Notes: a model not told the origin generated them from the sequence alone. Positions 52,001 through 61,307 are shown, counted from the first letter of the stretch. The stretch: 64,000 nt of DNA from Candidatus Woesearchaeota archaeon (GCA_023898345.1 CP060218.1:767777-831776); one strand, 5' to 3'. Translations and numbers: made by a program.

Positions 52001-52843
52001 ATGCCCACTGAAATATCTTATACCGGAAGTACAGGGGAAGAAAACCAAGTTCTTTTTTGTAGAGGAAAGGACAGTCTTGCCTCTCTAAGACATATTGAAA
52101 AGACAGGAGAGAGAGTTGCAAACTCGGCCCAAGTTCTTGCTCTCCTCTACAAGGGCATTTCTGCTCTTGAAACGTATCAAGTGCAAACTCTTTCTCCGCC
52201 ACAAATTACTCTGACCACTTGTGATGCACTCGTAATCAAGAGAGAGGGCCAAGAAAGATACAAGCTTTATCTCCAACTAGAAAGTCAACTTTTACTGGAC
52301 AGATTAAAACGAGTTTCTCCCACATCATGGAAACAAGGTGCACCCCTCAGTCCCGGAGACTTTGAATCCTTTACAGCTTCCTCTTTCGAACTCAACAGTG
52401 ACGGGCCGTTTTTTCTCCCTCCTCTCTTGAACCTCCTTACTAGGAACTTGTCTCTGGAACCTCTGCCAAATCTTATCTCTGCCATTTGTAAATACAGGCA
52501 AAAACAAGGTTTTTCTGCGCAAATGCTTTCTCTTCTTCCACCTACAGATACTTGTATTGAAGAAGAGGCGCCACTTCTTTTCCCCATCTCTCTTCTTTTC
52601 ACAAGGAGATCTTTCACATTCTTTGGCGGCACTGGACAAAACTTTTCCAATTTAGTGTATGCCCCTACTCTTTACATGCCACATTCCTTAACGTTCGTAG
52701 GAGTGAACCCTCACGAAACTGCTCAAACTTTACTTCAAGCCCGATTCTCTGAACCAAAACAAGGAGTGAAAACATTGGAAGAATATCTCGGAGTGGAGCC
52801 TAGTGGAGAACGGGGAAAACCACCTGTACTTTATTCTTCTTGA
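52001..52843 (+). CDS. Hypothetical protein (280 aa)
   Basis: ORF only; 6-nt gap after upstream gene. Confidence 0.35.
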   Translation: MPTEISYTGSTGEENQVLFCRGKDSLASLRHIEKTGERVANSAQVLALLYKGISALETYQVQTLSPPQITLTTCDALVIKREGQERYKLYLQLESQLLLDRLKRVSPTSWKQGAPLSPGDFESFTASSFELNSDGPFFLPPLLNLLTRNLSLEPLPNLISAICKYRQKQGFSAQMLSLLPPTDTCIEEEAPLLFPISLLFTRRSFTFFGGTGQNFSNLVYAPTLYMPHSLTFVGVNPHETAQTLLQARFSEPKQGVKTLEEYLGVEPSGERGKPPVLYSS

Positions 52844-52898
52844 GCTCTTGAGAAAAGCGCAAAAATTTATAACTAAAATCACTTTTTCTCTAAAACAA

Positions 52899-52972
52899 GC
52901 GCCTATAGTTTAGCTTGGATAGAACGGTCGGTTGCGGTCCGGCTGGCAGGGGTTCAAATCCTCTTGGGCGCG
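52899..52972 (+). tRNA. tRNA-Arg (anticodon GCG)
   Basis: Manual fold: acceptor GCGCCTA/TGGGCGC, D-arm GTTT..GAAC, anticodon stem GTCGG/CCGGC with loop TTGCGGT, T-arm AGGGG-TTCAAAT-CCTCT. Confidence 0.8.
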
Positions 52973-53057
52973 TCGGAAAATCTTTCTTTTCTCTCCACAA
53001 TGTTTGTTACTTTTCTGTAATTAAATAGATTTATACTAAAAATAGGAAAAAAAAGTT

Positions 53058-56000
53058 ATGCAAGAAAAAAATGTAAAACCTCAAAAGCAAAAAATAAAGA
53101 ATACTGTTCTCTCACTCTTTCTCCTTCTCTTTACAAACTGCCTCTTTTTGAGTACGGATGTTTTTTCCACCCATCTCAAAAATGATCTTCCTTATACGAT
53201 TGAGATTTTGGATTTGGGCCAATCTTCAACTTCTCCAATAGAAAAAATCAAACTTACTCAAAATGCTTCTACACTCCTCACATCAGGAAATGCATATCTT
53301 GTACTGCAAACTAGTACAGATAAATCTTCCTTTTGGATGCAAATCCCAAGCGAACTTTCAAGTTCTGCCATAAAAACAACTTACCTCAGACCTTACGAAC
53401 AAGGAAGTCCAAAACTCCTCTCTTCGGTTTGTCAGGCAGAGGCAACACTACAAGAAACGATAAGTACTCTCTCTTCTGATAGTATTATTACGTATACAGC
53501 TTATGCTAATTTTGAAACAAATACAGAACTTGAACAAAGATTAGCTCAATTACAAACAAACTACAAAACTGCGATTGAGAACAATATGTACATGAAAGTC
53601 TTTGCGTATTTAGAGATTACAATAAAAGATGCTGAGAGTGGCCATGAACTGAATAAACGATATCTTCTTCCAACAAAAAGTACGACAGATGGAACTTACT
53701 TCTACAATGCTCAAGTTGAAAATAGCCCGACAAATCTCTATGGAACGTTTGCCCAATTTCAAGATCTTAGCACTTCCACTCACTTTGCTTTTTTCAAGAA
53801 TATTTCTTTAATGAACAATGCGAGAATTCCTTATCAATTACTTAAGGAAGAAAGTTCTCCAAAAACGTTTTCGTTTTCTCTTGCTGAACTCAATCCGTCT
53901 CTCCTTTGGAAAAATAATTCTGTCTACGACCTTACTTTACACCTTATCCCCATAGATGGAAAGTGTGACTTTAATGAAAATGGGATCCTTGAAGAGAATA
54001 GTGAATTCATGGTAACAAGTCTTACTACTGCCACAATTTATCCTTTAAGTAATTCCGATCCTTCCCCCTATAGAAAAATAAAAGTTCTAGGAGAAGGAAA
54101 CATAGCATCCTCCCTTATTGCAAAAAGTCATGAGTGTGGTGATACTCTTTGTACAACATTTCTCTCAACAACTGGAGCTGGTAAAGAGGGGGAATCGTAC
54201 ATTTTAACTGGCATTACTCCTTTTGAATGGACAGCACCGGCAAACAAGGCTCTTTCCTTTACGGCACCAAACAGAAGAGTTTTCTTTTCAGGTCCTTTTA
54301 ATATGAAACTTACATATAATGACGCCAGTGGACAAAGCTACTATCTCCAAAATCTCACTCCTCGTTATCTTACTCCCCAAACTGTACAAAGAATAATTGA
54401 TAGTAAAAAAGACGAACAAAAATATATGAATCTTTTTTTAGGAAAGCAGGCATCAGCGTTTTCTAATTTTGATCTTTTCTTAGACACTTGTTCAGCGCAC
54501 ATCATGGATGAAAGTTTTGATCCAACTACTCATATTCTTACCATAGACGTTCTTAGTAGTCTTGAAGCTTTGAAGAACCCTTGGAATTTCAAGGATATAG
54601 CAGGCTATGAAGATTTTTCAGAATATTACGACATGAAAATTCTTTCTTTCCTAAAGATCTCTAATCCTAGTACGGGTGAGCTAACGTATCTTGCGGCTCA
54701 GGACACCAGCAGCCAGGACTATGCGTATTCACAAGGCGGAGTTGCCGGTACAGACAAGCAATTGGAAACCCTGTTCGGATCGGAATTTCTTCTTCTTAAG
54801 AATAAAATTGCATCATCAGTAGGAACTTACAAGGTTACTAAGGTTAGTGATATGACAACAAGCATTCAGTTTGATCTTTCACCTCTTTATGAGGCTGCGT
54901 TTCTTCCTGAACTGGAGACCCCCCAAATTGAAATTTATGCAATTCCTGTAGATGGAAAATGTGACTTTGATGAGAACGGCCTCCTTGAAGGAACTGAATC
55001 AAAATTAAGTTCTTGGACCATAGAATCTTCTCTGCCTCTTGGCGGCGTACTTGGAACTGAACAAACGCCTATTGAAGTAAAGAAACTTCCTAGAGGGTAT
55101 TCACTGTGGACCACTACGGTAAATGAAGAGACTGCCCAAGAATTAGTCTTTAACAATAAAAAAAATGAAAAAAGACGTTTTGTTCTTCTGTCGAACGGGT
55201 CTCTCTATTTTAAGGATAGGAATGATGAACTCCACTTCATTGCGTTCTCTTCCTTTGTCCCTGTTGAAGCAAATATTTCCATTAACTATAAAGAACTAGT
55301 TGCTGACGGAAGTGAGGAGTTTCTCACGGATCCTAGTATAAATCCCGAAACAAAAGCACCTCTTTACCTAAAAGAAGATACCATATTGAAAATGAATCTT
55401 GTCACTCAGTTTAGAAATAAAGAAGACGCTTTGGAAAAAGTTAACAAGACTCTTACTCTTATGAACTTCTTGGATATTGAAAAAAATCTTACGTACATTG
55501 AAAGCACAAATAGAACACGAGTACTTATTTCAGTAAAAAATGTTCCTCTTTCTTATAGAGAAAATTTAACGATATATGTTGTTCTTCCAAAAGAGGATTT
55601 GCCAAGTTTAGAAAAACTTACTTTGCTTACTAACTCTAAACACTTTTTTGTAAAAGATAAAGACCCTATTATTGGATGGCAGTTTAATTTTAGTGATGAA
55701 AATGAATCGGTCGGATTTGAACTCGAAGGGAATGCCAGTACGGGCACAGTTATTGTGACACAAGACCCTGTTATTTACAATGAAGGAAACCTCCTCATTA
55801 ACTACAGACAAGAACAGTGTAATCCTGATGAAGCTTATCTTTTTGATATCAATGACCTCATTGACTCTCCTGTAAACAGACCGCAAAGTTCGGATCTCTA
55901 CCATATTTGTGTTGGACATACTTCGCACTATTTAACAAATCAAACGCTTAGTTCAGTTCTCAATCTCTTTAATATGACTACGGCTGCGACAGCAAATCTT

Positions 56001-56849
56001 TCTATAACTGGATTTTTTCCGAGTTTCACAATCAACCTTTCAGATCAAACTGACCCTTTTACAACATGGAGTTTTTCCATTGGCAGTCTTAATCCGGGTG
56101 GGTATTCTTGCCTTGGTTCGCTTGAAAACACTGCTAACTCTCTCTTTGGCGATTGTGAGTATACGGAAAATAGAGTGTGGATAAAGCTCAATACGGATGA
56201 TAAATCTCCTCAAACAACAATCAGCATTTCTTCACCGGGCGGCATTATTGAGGCAACACTTAATGCTAGCGATCTCCCAAATCCTGGTGCTTCTGGTGTT
56301 AAGGGAATTTATTATTGCGTGGACGAGCTTGGAGTCTGTAATCCTGATAACATTAGTTCTTTTTCAGCAGGAGAAAATATCACGTTTTCTCTGACGTGTT
56401 CAGGAATTAGCGGCTGCACAAAATATGTTCGTTTCTTTGCAGAAGATAATAAGGGAAATAAGGAAGCTCTTCAAACTGAGACTGTCACAATTTTGGACAA
56501 GGGCTCGAAATGTGAGGCAGATTGTACTGCAAAACCTACACCAAATCGATACCTCAAAGAATGTAATGGCGTTAGTGGATGCAGCTATTATCCTTTTGCT
56601 CCAAATGGTGTTCCGGACGCTGGAGTGTACGTTGCAAATGCCTGCCATTTCCTAACTAAAGGAAGTTATGCTTCATACAATGCTAGCCATGATATTTTGT
56701 GCCCGAATGGACCGGTTATTGCAAAACGTCTTACGAATGAAACTGTTGATACGAAAGAGAGCACTTGTGAACACATCGTTAAAGATAGTTATTTGGTTCT
56801 TGTCAATGGAGAAAAAGTTGAGATGAGTATTCTTGTCTGCCTTTCTTAA
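53058..56849 (+). CDS. Large secreted protein (1263 aa) with internal duplicated domain and Cys-rich C-terminus
   Basis: Signal peptide; repeat IP(I/V)DGKCDF(N/D)ENG(I/L)LE occurs twice. Confidence 0.55.
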   Translation: MQEKNVKPQKQKIKNTVLSLFLLLFTNCLFLSTDVFSTHLKNDLPYTIEILDLGQSSTSPIEKIKLTQNASTLLTSGNAYLVLQTSTDKSSFWMQIPSELSSSAIKTTYLRPYEQGSPKLLSSVCQAEATLQETISTLSSDSIITYTAYANFETNTELEQRLAQLQTNYKTAIENNMYMKVFAYLEITIKDAESGHELNKRYLLPTKSTTDGTYFYNAQVENSPTNLYGTFAQFQDLSTSTHFAFFKNISLMNNARIPYQLLKEESSPKTFSFSLAELNPSLLWKNNSVYDLTLHLIPIDGKCDFNENGILEENSEFMVTSLTTATIYPLSNSDPSPYRKIKVLGEGNIASSLIAKSHECGDTLCTTFLSTTGAGKEGESYILTGITPFEWTAPANKALSFTAPNRRVFFSGPFNMKLTYNDASGQSYYLQNLTPRYLTPQTVQRIIDSKKDEQKYMNLFLGKQASAFSNFDLFLDTCSAHIMDESFDPTTHILTIDVLSSLEALKNPWNFKDIAGYEDFSEYYDMKILSFLKISNPSTGELTYLAAQDTSSQDYAYSQGGVAGTDKQLETLFGSEFLLLKNKIASSVGTYKVTKVSDMTTSIQFDLSPLYEAAFLPELETPQIEIYAIPVDGKCDFDENGLLEGTESKLSSWTIESSLPLGGVLGTEQTPIEVKKLPRGYSLWTTTVNEETAQELVFNNKKNEKRRFVLLSNGSLYFKDRNDELHFIAFSSFVPVEANISINYKELVADGSEEFLTDPSINPETKAPLYLKEDTILKMNLVTQFRNKEDALEKVNKTLTLMNFLDIEKNLTYIESTNRTRVLISVKNVPLSYRENLTIYVVLPKEDLPSLEKLTLLTNSKHFFVKDKDPIIGWQFNFSDENESVGFELEGNASTGTVIVTQDPVIYNEGNLLINYRQEQCNPDEAYLFDINDLIDSPVNRPQSSDLYHICVGHTSHYLTNQTLSSVLNLFNMTTAATANLSITGFFPSFTINLSDQTDPFTTWSFSIGSLNPGGYSCLGSLENTANSLFGDCEYTENRVWIKLNTDDKSPQTTISISSPGGIIEATLNASDLPNPGASGVKGIYYCVDELGVCNPDNISSFSAGENITFSLTCSGISGCTKYVRFFAEDNKGNKEALQTETVTILDKGSKCEADCTAKPTPNRYLKECNGVSGCSYYPFAPNGVPDAGVYVANACHFLTKGSYASYNASHDILCPNGPVIAKRLTNETVDTKESTCEHIVKDSYLVLVNGEKVEMSILVCLS

Positions 56850-56851
56850 AA

Positions 56852-57343
56852 ATGGAAAAAAAAGCTGAAATTCATACTGTCTTCATCTTTATCCTTTCAA
56901 TTATCATGATTCTTTTCATTGGATATCTTGTAACAAAATTTACGCTTACGTTTGTTGAAGATAAAGAAATGAGAGAAAACTCATTAATCTATACACATTT
57001 ACGAGCGGACATAGAAAAAGTTGCTAGTAATTACGGCTCTGAAAAATTTGCTGAGTATAAGGTCTCAAGCAAAGCTCAATATCTGTGTGTTGCTAGTCAA
57101 TCATTCTGTTCACCAGAGGGGACATTGTTACCTGAAAGTACTCTTGAAAAAATTCAAGTTTTATATGAAACTGGATCTAATGTTGTGTTGCTTGATAACA
57201 GTGCAATTCTGACCCACAATAAAATAGAAAATATTAATGCGGATCCTGCTTGCTTTTGTGTAAAAATTAGTAAGGGGATAATCAAGTTGTTTATTGAGAA
57301 TAGGAATAATAAGGTCTTTGTCACGCCATTGGATGATGAATAA
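56852..57343 (+). CDS. Small membrane-anchored protein
   Basis: Single N-terminal TM helix; starts 3 nt after the upstream gene. Confidence 0.4.
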   Translation: MEKKAEIHTVFIFILSIIMILFIGYLVTKFTLTFVEDKEMRENSLIYTHLRADIEKVASNYGSEKFAEYKVSSKAQYLCVASQSFCSPEGTLLPESTLEKIQVLYETGSNVVLLDNSAILTHNKIENINADPACFCVKISKGIIKLFIENRNNKVFVTPLDDE

Positions 57344-57351
57344 GAAAACAA

Positions 57352-57384
57352 GTGTTCTCGAAGTTGAAAACTTCTGCTGAGCAC
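57352..57384. repeat. Hairpin-family repeat, copy 4
   Basis: gtgttctcgaagttgaaaacttctgctgagcac between convergent genes. Confidence 0.6.
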
Positions 57385-57424
57385 TTATAGTATACGAATA
57401 CTCCTAAAACAATAAAAACTTATT

Positions 57425-57441
57425 AAAAAAAAAAAAAAAAA
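57425..57441 (-). terminator. Oligo-T tract (T17 on minus strand) immediately after the S8e stop codon
   Basis: 17 consecutive A on plus strand abutting stop codon at 57442-57444; archaeal termination commonly uses oligo-dT. Confidence 0.5.
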
Positions 57442-57816
57442 TTACTGGACGAAAACTCCGGACAGGTCTCCGCTTTGACCTGGACGGGAAGTTATTCTAA
57501 CATCTCCTTGAGCAGTCTTAACAATACATCCTTTTGTGATAATGTTACGTCTTGTGTAGTTTACATTTGCAGGATTTTGTGCTACTCCTTGAATTTCAAG
57601 ACTAAGGGTTGCCCCGCCTTTATTCACAAGTACTTTCTCTTTACTCAGGAGAGAACGTTTGATGTTACCTCCTCTTACTCTTTTTACTCTCACACGACTT
57701 TTACCGATGTGAGTCAAAGCAGGGTCTGCGCCCAGATCTGAAAGCCTTTTCTTACGGAAGGTAAGGTACTTCCTACCAGATGTTTTTTTTACGGATCTAA
57801 ATTGTGATTTTGCCAT
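57442..57816 (-). CDS. rps8e: Ribosomal protein S8e
   Basis: Characteristic S8e sequence including RRNIITKG and TSRPGQ. Confidence 0.9.
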   Translation of the reverse strand: MAKSQFRSVKKTSGRKYLTFRKKRLSDLGADPALTHIGKSRVRVKRVRGGNIKRSLLSKEKVLVNKGGATLSLEIQGVAQNPANVNYTRRNIITKGCIVKTAQGDVRITSRPGQSGDLSGVFVQ

Positions 57817-57822
57817 TTTTTA

Positions 57823-58401
57823 CTACCTCATTCTTCCTCCATTTGCACGAATACTTGGTCTTGCTTTCTCAGCACCAAATCCTTTGTTCTGAAGTCCTCT
57901 AGATTTTCGACCTGCTGAAGTCAATCCTCGCATAACTCTCTTTGTGTGCTTGTTGCTGCAGTACCTATGCAATTCTTTGTCCGTCATAATTTGAGGATGG
58001 TACACATCAAGAAGAAGAACTTCGTACCAGTAAGAGTATTCATCTTGTCCAACCCAGTAGGAACCAAGAACTTCCATATTTGGATATCGTTTTTGGGCCC
58101 GCTCTTCACAAATCCATTGGTAGTTCTTTGACTGCGCAATTCTTGTTGAAAGATTTCCTCCTGAACGACCTTTCATAATACGAGGGTTGTTTTTTCCACC
58201 TCTTTTAACTCTCACTCGTGTAACAATAACCCCTTGCTTTGCTTTGTACCCTAAAGCATGCGCTCTGTCCGGCCTTGTTGGGTATTCAACACGCTCAATG
58301 GAAAGCCCACGTCTCCATTCGATAAGTCTTTGCCTGTACTCTTCCCCAAGTGTTTCTCTTGGTTTTTTCCAAGCTTCTTTGACATATTTAAGATATCCCA
58401 T
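57823..58401 (-). CDS. rpl15e: Ribosomal protein L15e
   Basis: Characteristic L15e sequence GYKAKQGVIVTRVRVKRGG. Confidence 0.9.
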   Translation of the reverse strand: MGYLKYVKEAWKKPRETLGEEYRQRLIEWRRGLSIERVEYPTRPDRAHALGYKAKQGVIVTRVRVKRGGKNNPRIMKGRSGGNLSTRIAQSKNYQWICEERAQKRYPNMEVLGSYWVGQDEYSYWYEVLLLDVYHPQIMTDKELHRYCSNKHTKRVMRGLTSAGRKSRGLQNKGFGAEKARPSIRANGGRMR

Positions 58402-58942
58402 TTTTTATTTTAACTTCATCCTTTCGGACAAACAATAAGAAGTACAAGATCTAAACTCGCATCAACACGGGTATCATCGCCAGTTTTGAATTGTATTCTT
58501 TGGAAAAGAAACAAATGGAAGTTTATAAATTTCACGCCTTACGACCAAAACAAAGCCCAGAAGAAAAAACTACAAAAATAGGGCACCTAGGTCTCTTTCA
58601 GAAATTTCGGCACTTTGACATGTCATTATTAAAATGTTTAAAGTATCGTTCGAAAGAAATCCGTGCTGTCTTTAGGCTGAGGATGAATTGAATGATAATT
58701 TGTACAACAATCTTGGTATACTCATTTGAAACTCCGTAGAATCCCCTTCTTTTAAGCTGAGAAGTTTGAAGTTTTCTAGCACTTCAATCAATTTTAAAAG
58801 TACAGAGGATTTACAAAAGACTTATCCTTCATAAATATTTTCTAGATTAACCCTGAGACTTGCCAAGGTAAGACCAAAACTGTAACTTTTGAAACTCTTA
58901 GGCAGTCCGTGGACATACCACAATCGAGCAATGTAACTGTTA

Positions 58943-59065
58943 CTTACGAGCAGCGAAAGCCATTGTTCGTGTTCGAGTTAGAAGGACCATTGTTCAAGTT
59001 CAGAGCAAAGGCACCCGCGTTTGCACCATTGTTCCAATTGCCCCCGGACAGGAAAACACCCTTTG
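58943..59065 (-). repeat. DGR template repeat (TR)
   Basis: 123-bp match to 59971-60093; 17 of 19 differences are at TR adenines on the minus strand; TR reads KGVFLSGGNWNNGANAGAFALNLNNGPSNSNTNNGFRCS-stop. Confidence 0.8.
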
Positions 59066-59106
59066 GCTTTTGTATTTGTTTTGATCAGGAATTCCACTTC
59101 CTTTTC

Positions 59107-59481
59107 TTAATATAAATTTGAGGTATACTTCTTTAGTAATCCTCCCAATAACTTACCGAGTAGTTCTGATTTCTCAAGCATTAATAGATATTGATTAAAT
59201 GGCAGAAAATGCAAATCCTTTGCTATCCTAAGAAGAAGTTTAAATTTGTCAAAAAGATAACTTATTTTCCGTAACTGAGAACTCTTATCTTTTTGGTTTA
59301 GTCTTGTAAATTTATCGAGTATGATTAACATTTCTAAAGCTGTTTCATCAATACTCTGCCTCAATGTAAATTTTTCACTCTTAGGGAACCTTGCAAGCGA
59401 AGGATACAAGTTTAGATAAAGATTGTACACTTCATGATAAAGTAAAAAACCATCATCTTTCTTACCACAATTATTTTCCAT
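59107..59481 (-). CDS. Avd-like accessory protein (four-helix-bundle type)
   Basis: 124 aa, size and position between VR and TR; LYP..FPK..LRQ pattern resembles Avd family; similarity judged by eye. Confidence 0.5.
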   Translation of the reverse strand: MENNCGKKDDGFLLYHEVYNLYLNLYPSLARFPKSEKFTLRQSIDETALEMLIILDKFTRLNQKDKSSQLRKISYLFDKFKLLLRIAKDLHFLPFNQYLLMLEKSELLGKLLGGLLKKYTSNLY

Positions 59482-59836
59482 TTTTGTTGTCAGGTTGTTC
59501 CAATTTTCTTATTAGGCCATTCATGTATTTTATACTGTCCTCAAGAGTATTTGAATAATTTTCTTTGAGTATGTTCAAGTCTTTCAAAGTCGATAATTCA
59601 ATTTGAAGTTGTGATAGCAAAATCCTCACCTTGTTGTATATTTGTAACTTTCCTTTCAGAGACCAGTAATTATATCCTGCATTTAAATCGGGGAAAATCT
59701 CTATAACATGAGAGTAAGCTTTTTCGATTAATACTTTATGCCCCGTACTATTTACTCTCAAAGCATCCAATTCTTGAATTATCTTCAAGAAGTTTGGAAA
59801 ATATTCTCGATATATTGGCAAATCAAAAGCATTCAT
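59471..59836 (-). CDS. Hypothetical DGR-associated accessory protein (121 aa)
   Basis: Overlaps the Avd-like ORF by 11 nt, lies between target gene and TR. Confidence 0.35.
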   Translation of the reverse strand: MNAFDLPIYREYFPNFLKIIQELDALRVNSTGHKVLIEKAYSHVIEIFPDLNAGYNYWSLKGKLQIYNKVRILLSQLQIELSTLKDLNILKENYSNTLEDSIKYMNGLIRKLEQPDNKNGK

Positions 59837-59856
59837 TTTTCAGTATAAATTTTTGC

Positions 59857-59903
59857 GAACATGCTTCGCATGTTCTCATCCCTGGGGCGGCATTTAGCCG
59901 CCC
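59857..59903 (-). promoter_or_regulatory. Two perfect hairpins just 3' of the VR (GAACATGC-TTC-GCATGTTC and GGGCGGC-ATTTA-GCCGCCC)
   Basis: Stems read directly from sequence at 59857-59875 and 59885-59903; a GC-only stem stands out in this AT-rich DNA. Confidence 0.4.
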
Positions 59904-59962
59904 GCCAGAACTCCAGAGTACTAGAGTGCCTGAACTCTAAGTTACCATCATTCGTACAATGC

Positions 59963-61303
59963 TCATCGTGCAAAGGAGCAGCGAAAGCCATAGTCCGTGC
60001 TCGAGTGAGAAGGACCATTGTCCAAGCGCAGAGCAAAGGCCCCCGCGCGCGCACCAGAGTCCCAAGCGCCCCCGGACAGGAAAACACCCTTTGACGCACA
60101 ATATCCAGTACAAAAATCGGGATACTCATTCACATTATTATACGCACCCAAAATGTCGTAACCATCGTAATATCTCCCCATTCCTTGATTCGCATTCCAT
60201 CCATTTGAAGGAAGCTTCAAAGTGGGAACAAGACTTGCAACCTTGCCTGTGCCGTCATTGCTATGGTAACTCATCCATTGCTGGTCTCCTCCATGATATC
60301 TGTATGGTGAACCAAGACTCTCATTTGCATAGACCCAAGCGTCAACCCATTCCCAGACATTGCCTGCAAAGTCCCAGAGTACTTCTCCGTTTGACAAGTT
60401 CAAAGTTCTTCTTTGTCCTGCACATGCCCTTCCACTTGTTGTGTCATCACCAGCTACAAAGTTGTTATACGAACCATCACAAGAACTCAGACTATCTCCT
60501 GTCCCAGAGTAGCCATTTCCGTCGTCAGTGTCAGCAGCAAGTCTGCTTGAGGGACTGTTGTCGTTGTGCCCAGAGTACAAGAAACCAGTGCCAACGACAG
60601 AGGAGTTCCAGTTGCTTGCGACAAACTCAACATTGTGTGCAATCGTCAGCCTCTCTTCTTCCGTCATCAAATGAAAGCCAGAACCCAAACTCTCACACTC
60701 TACCTTTGCTGCGTTCCACGTAATCGAAGCCCAAGGTAAACTAGCAGCTTGCGATGTCGCAACACCCCCAACATTCTTTGCTTCGTACTTCATCACACAA
60801 AAATTGTGTGTGCCGAGTTCAGCATTTCCGGGAACGACAACATAGCCGTCCGGACATGGGTTCTCGTACACGTAAGAATTCACATACTCCGTCTTTGAAT
60901 AAATCCTGCCATCCGTCACAACGACAATCTCATTCTTCCCTTCGTTGGCGCAGTCACTCATAGGCAAGACATTCAAAGAATTGTTTGTCAAACCAGAAAC
61001 AAAGCAATCATTTCCGTTAATAGAAACGCTTTGGATTTTAGCATTTCCCTTCACAAAAAGAGTTCCGCCAGACAGACCTTCAACAGAGAAAGAGCCAGAA
61101 GAACTTTGTGTGTCGACATGTGAAAGTGTAGAACTAGAAAAAGATTGGTACCAGGTTTGAAATCCGAGTGCCGCCAGAATAGCAACGACAATCAGCAAGA
61201 CACTAGCGACAACAGGAGAAATAGCTTTTTTCGAAGAGAGACACGAAGAAGACATCCTAAAATTAGACGAGACAAGTTTTGGGGAAAGCTTAGTTCTGTT
61301 CAT
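59963..61303 (-). CDS. DGR target protein: N-terminal TM anchor, C-terminal C-type-lectin/FGE-like variable domain
   Basis: ATG at 61303; TM segment VVASVLLIVVAILAALG; C-terminus ...NVWEWVDAW...GGAWDSGARAGAFALRLDNGPSHSSTDYGFRCSFAR; VR is the last 41 codons. Confidence 0.8.
   Translation of the reverse strand: MNRTKLSPKLVSSNFRMSSSCLSSKKAISPVVASVLLIVVAILAALGFQTWYQSFSSSTLSHVDTQSSSGSFSVEGLSGGTLFVKGNAKIQSVSINGNDCFVSGLTNNSLNVLPMSDCANEGKNEIVVVTDGRIYSKTEYVNSYVYENPCPDGYVVVPGNAELGTHNFCVMKYEAKNVGGVATSQAASLPWASITWNAAKVECESLGSGFHLMTEEERLTIAHNVEFVASNWNSSVVGTGFLYSGHNDNSPSSRLAADTDDGNGYSGTGDSLSSCDGSYNNFVAGDDTTSGRACAGQRRTLNLSNGEVLWDFAGNVWEWVDAWVYANESLGSPYRYHGGDQQWMSYHSNDGTGKVASLVPTLKLPSNGWNANQGMGRYYDGYDILGAYNNVNEYPDFCTGYCASKGVFLSGGAWDSGARAGAFALRLDNGPSHSSTDYGFRCSFAR
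59971..60093 (-). repeat. DGR variable repeat (VR) at the 3' end of the target gene
   Basis: Aligned to TR by hand; all 11 AAY codons of TR are substituted in VR. Confidence 0.8.
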
Positions 61304-61307
61304 TTTT

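Noticed and set aside
57425-57441. Poly-A run as an assembly artefact or mRNA-derived poly-A tail
   Set aside because: It is flanked by unique genomic sequence on both sides and sits at a sensible terminator position; the exact length could still be wrong.
58909-59115. Plus-strand ORF (68 aa) over the TR
   Set aside because: It is the antisense translation of the template repeat; the TR is non-coding and its sense strand ends in a stop codon.
59861-60094. Plus-strand ORF (77 aa) over the VR
   Set aside because: Antisense to the C-terminus of the DGR target gene; its similarity to the ORF over the TR only reflects the TR/VR homology.
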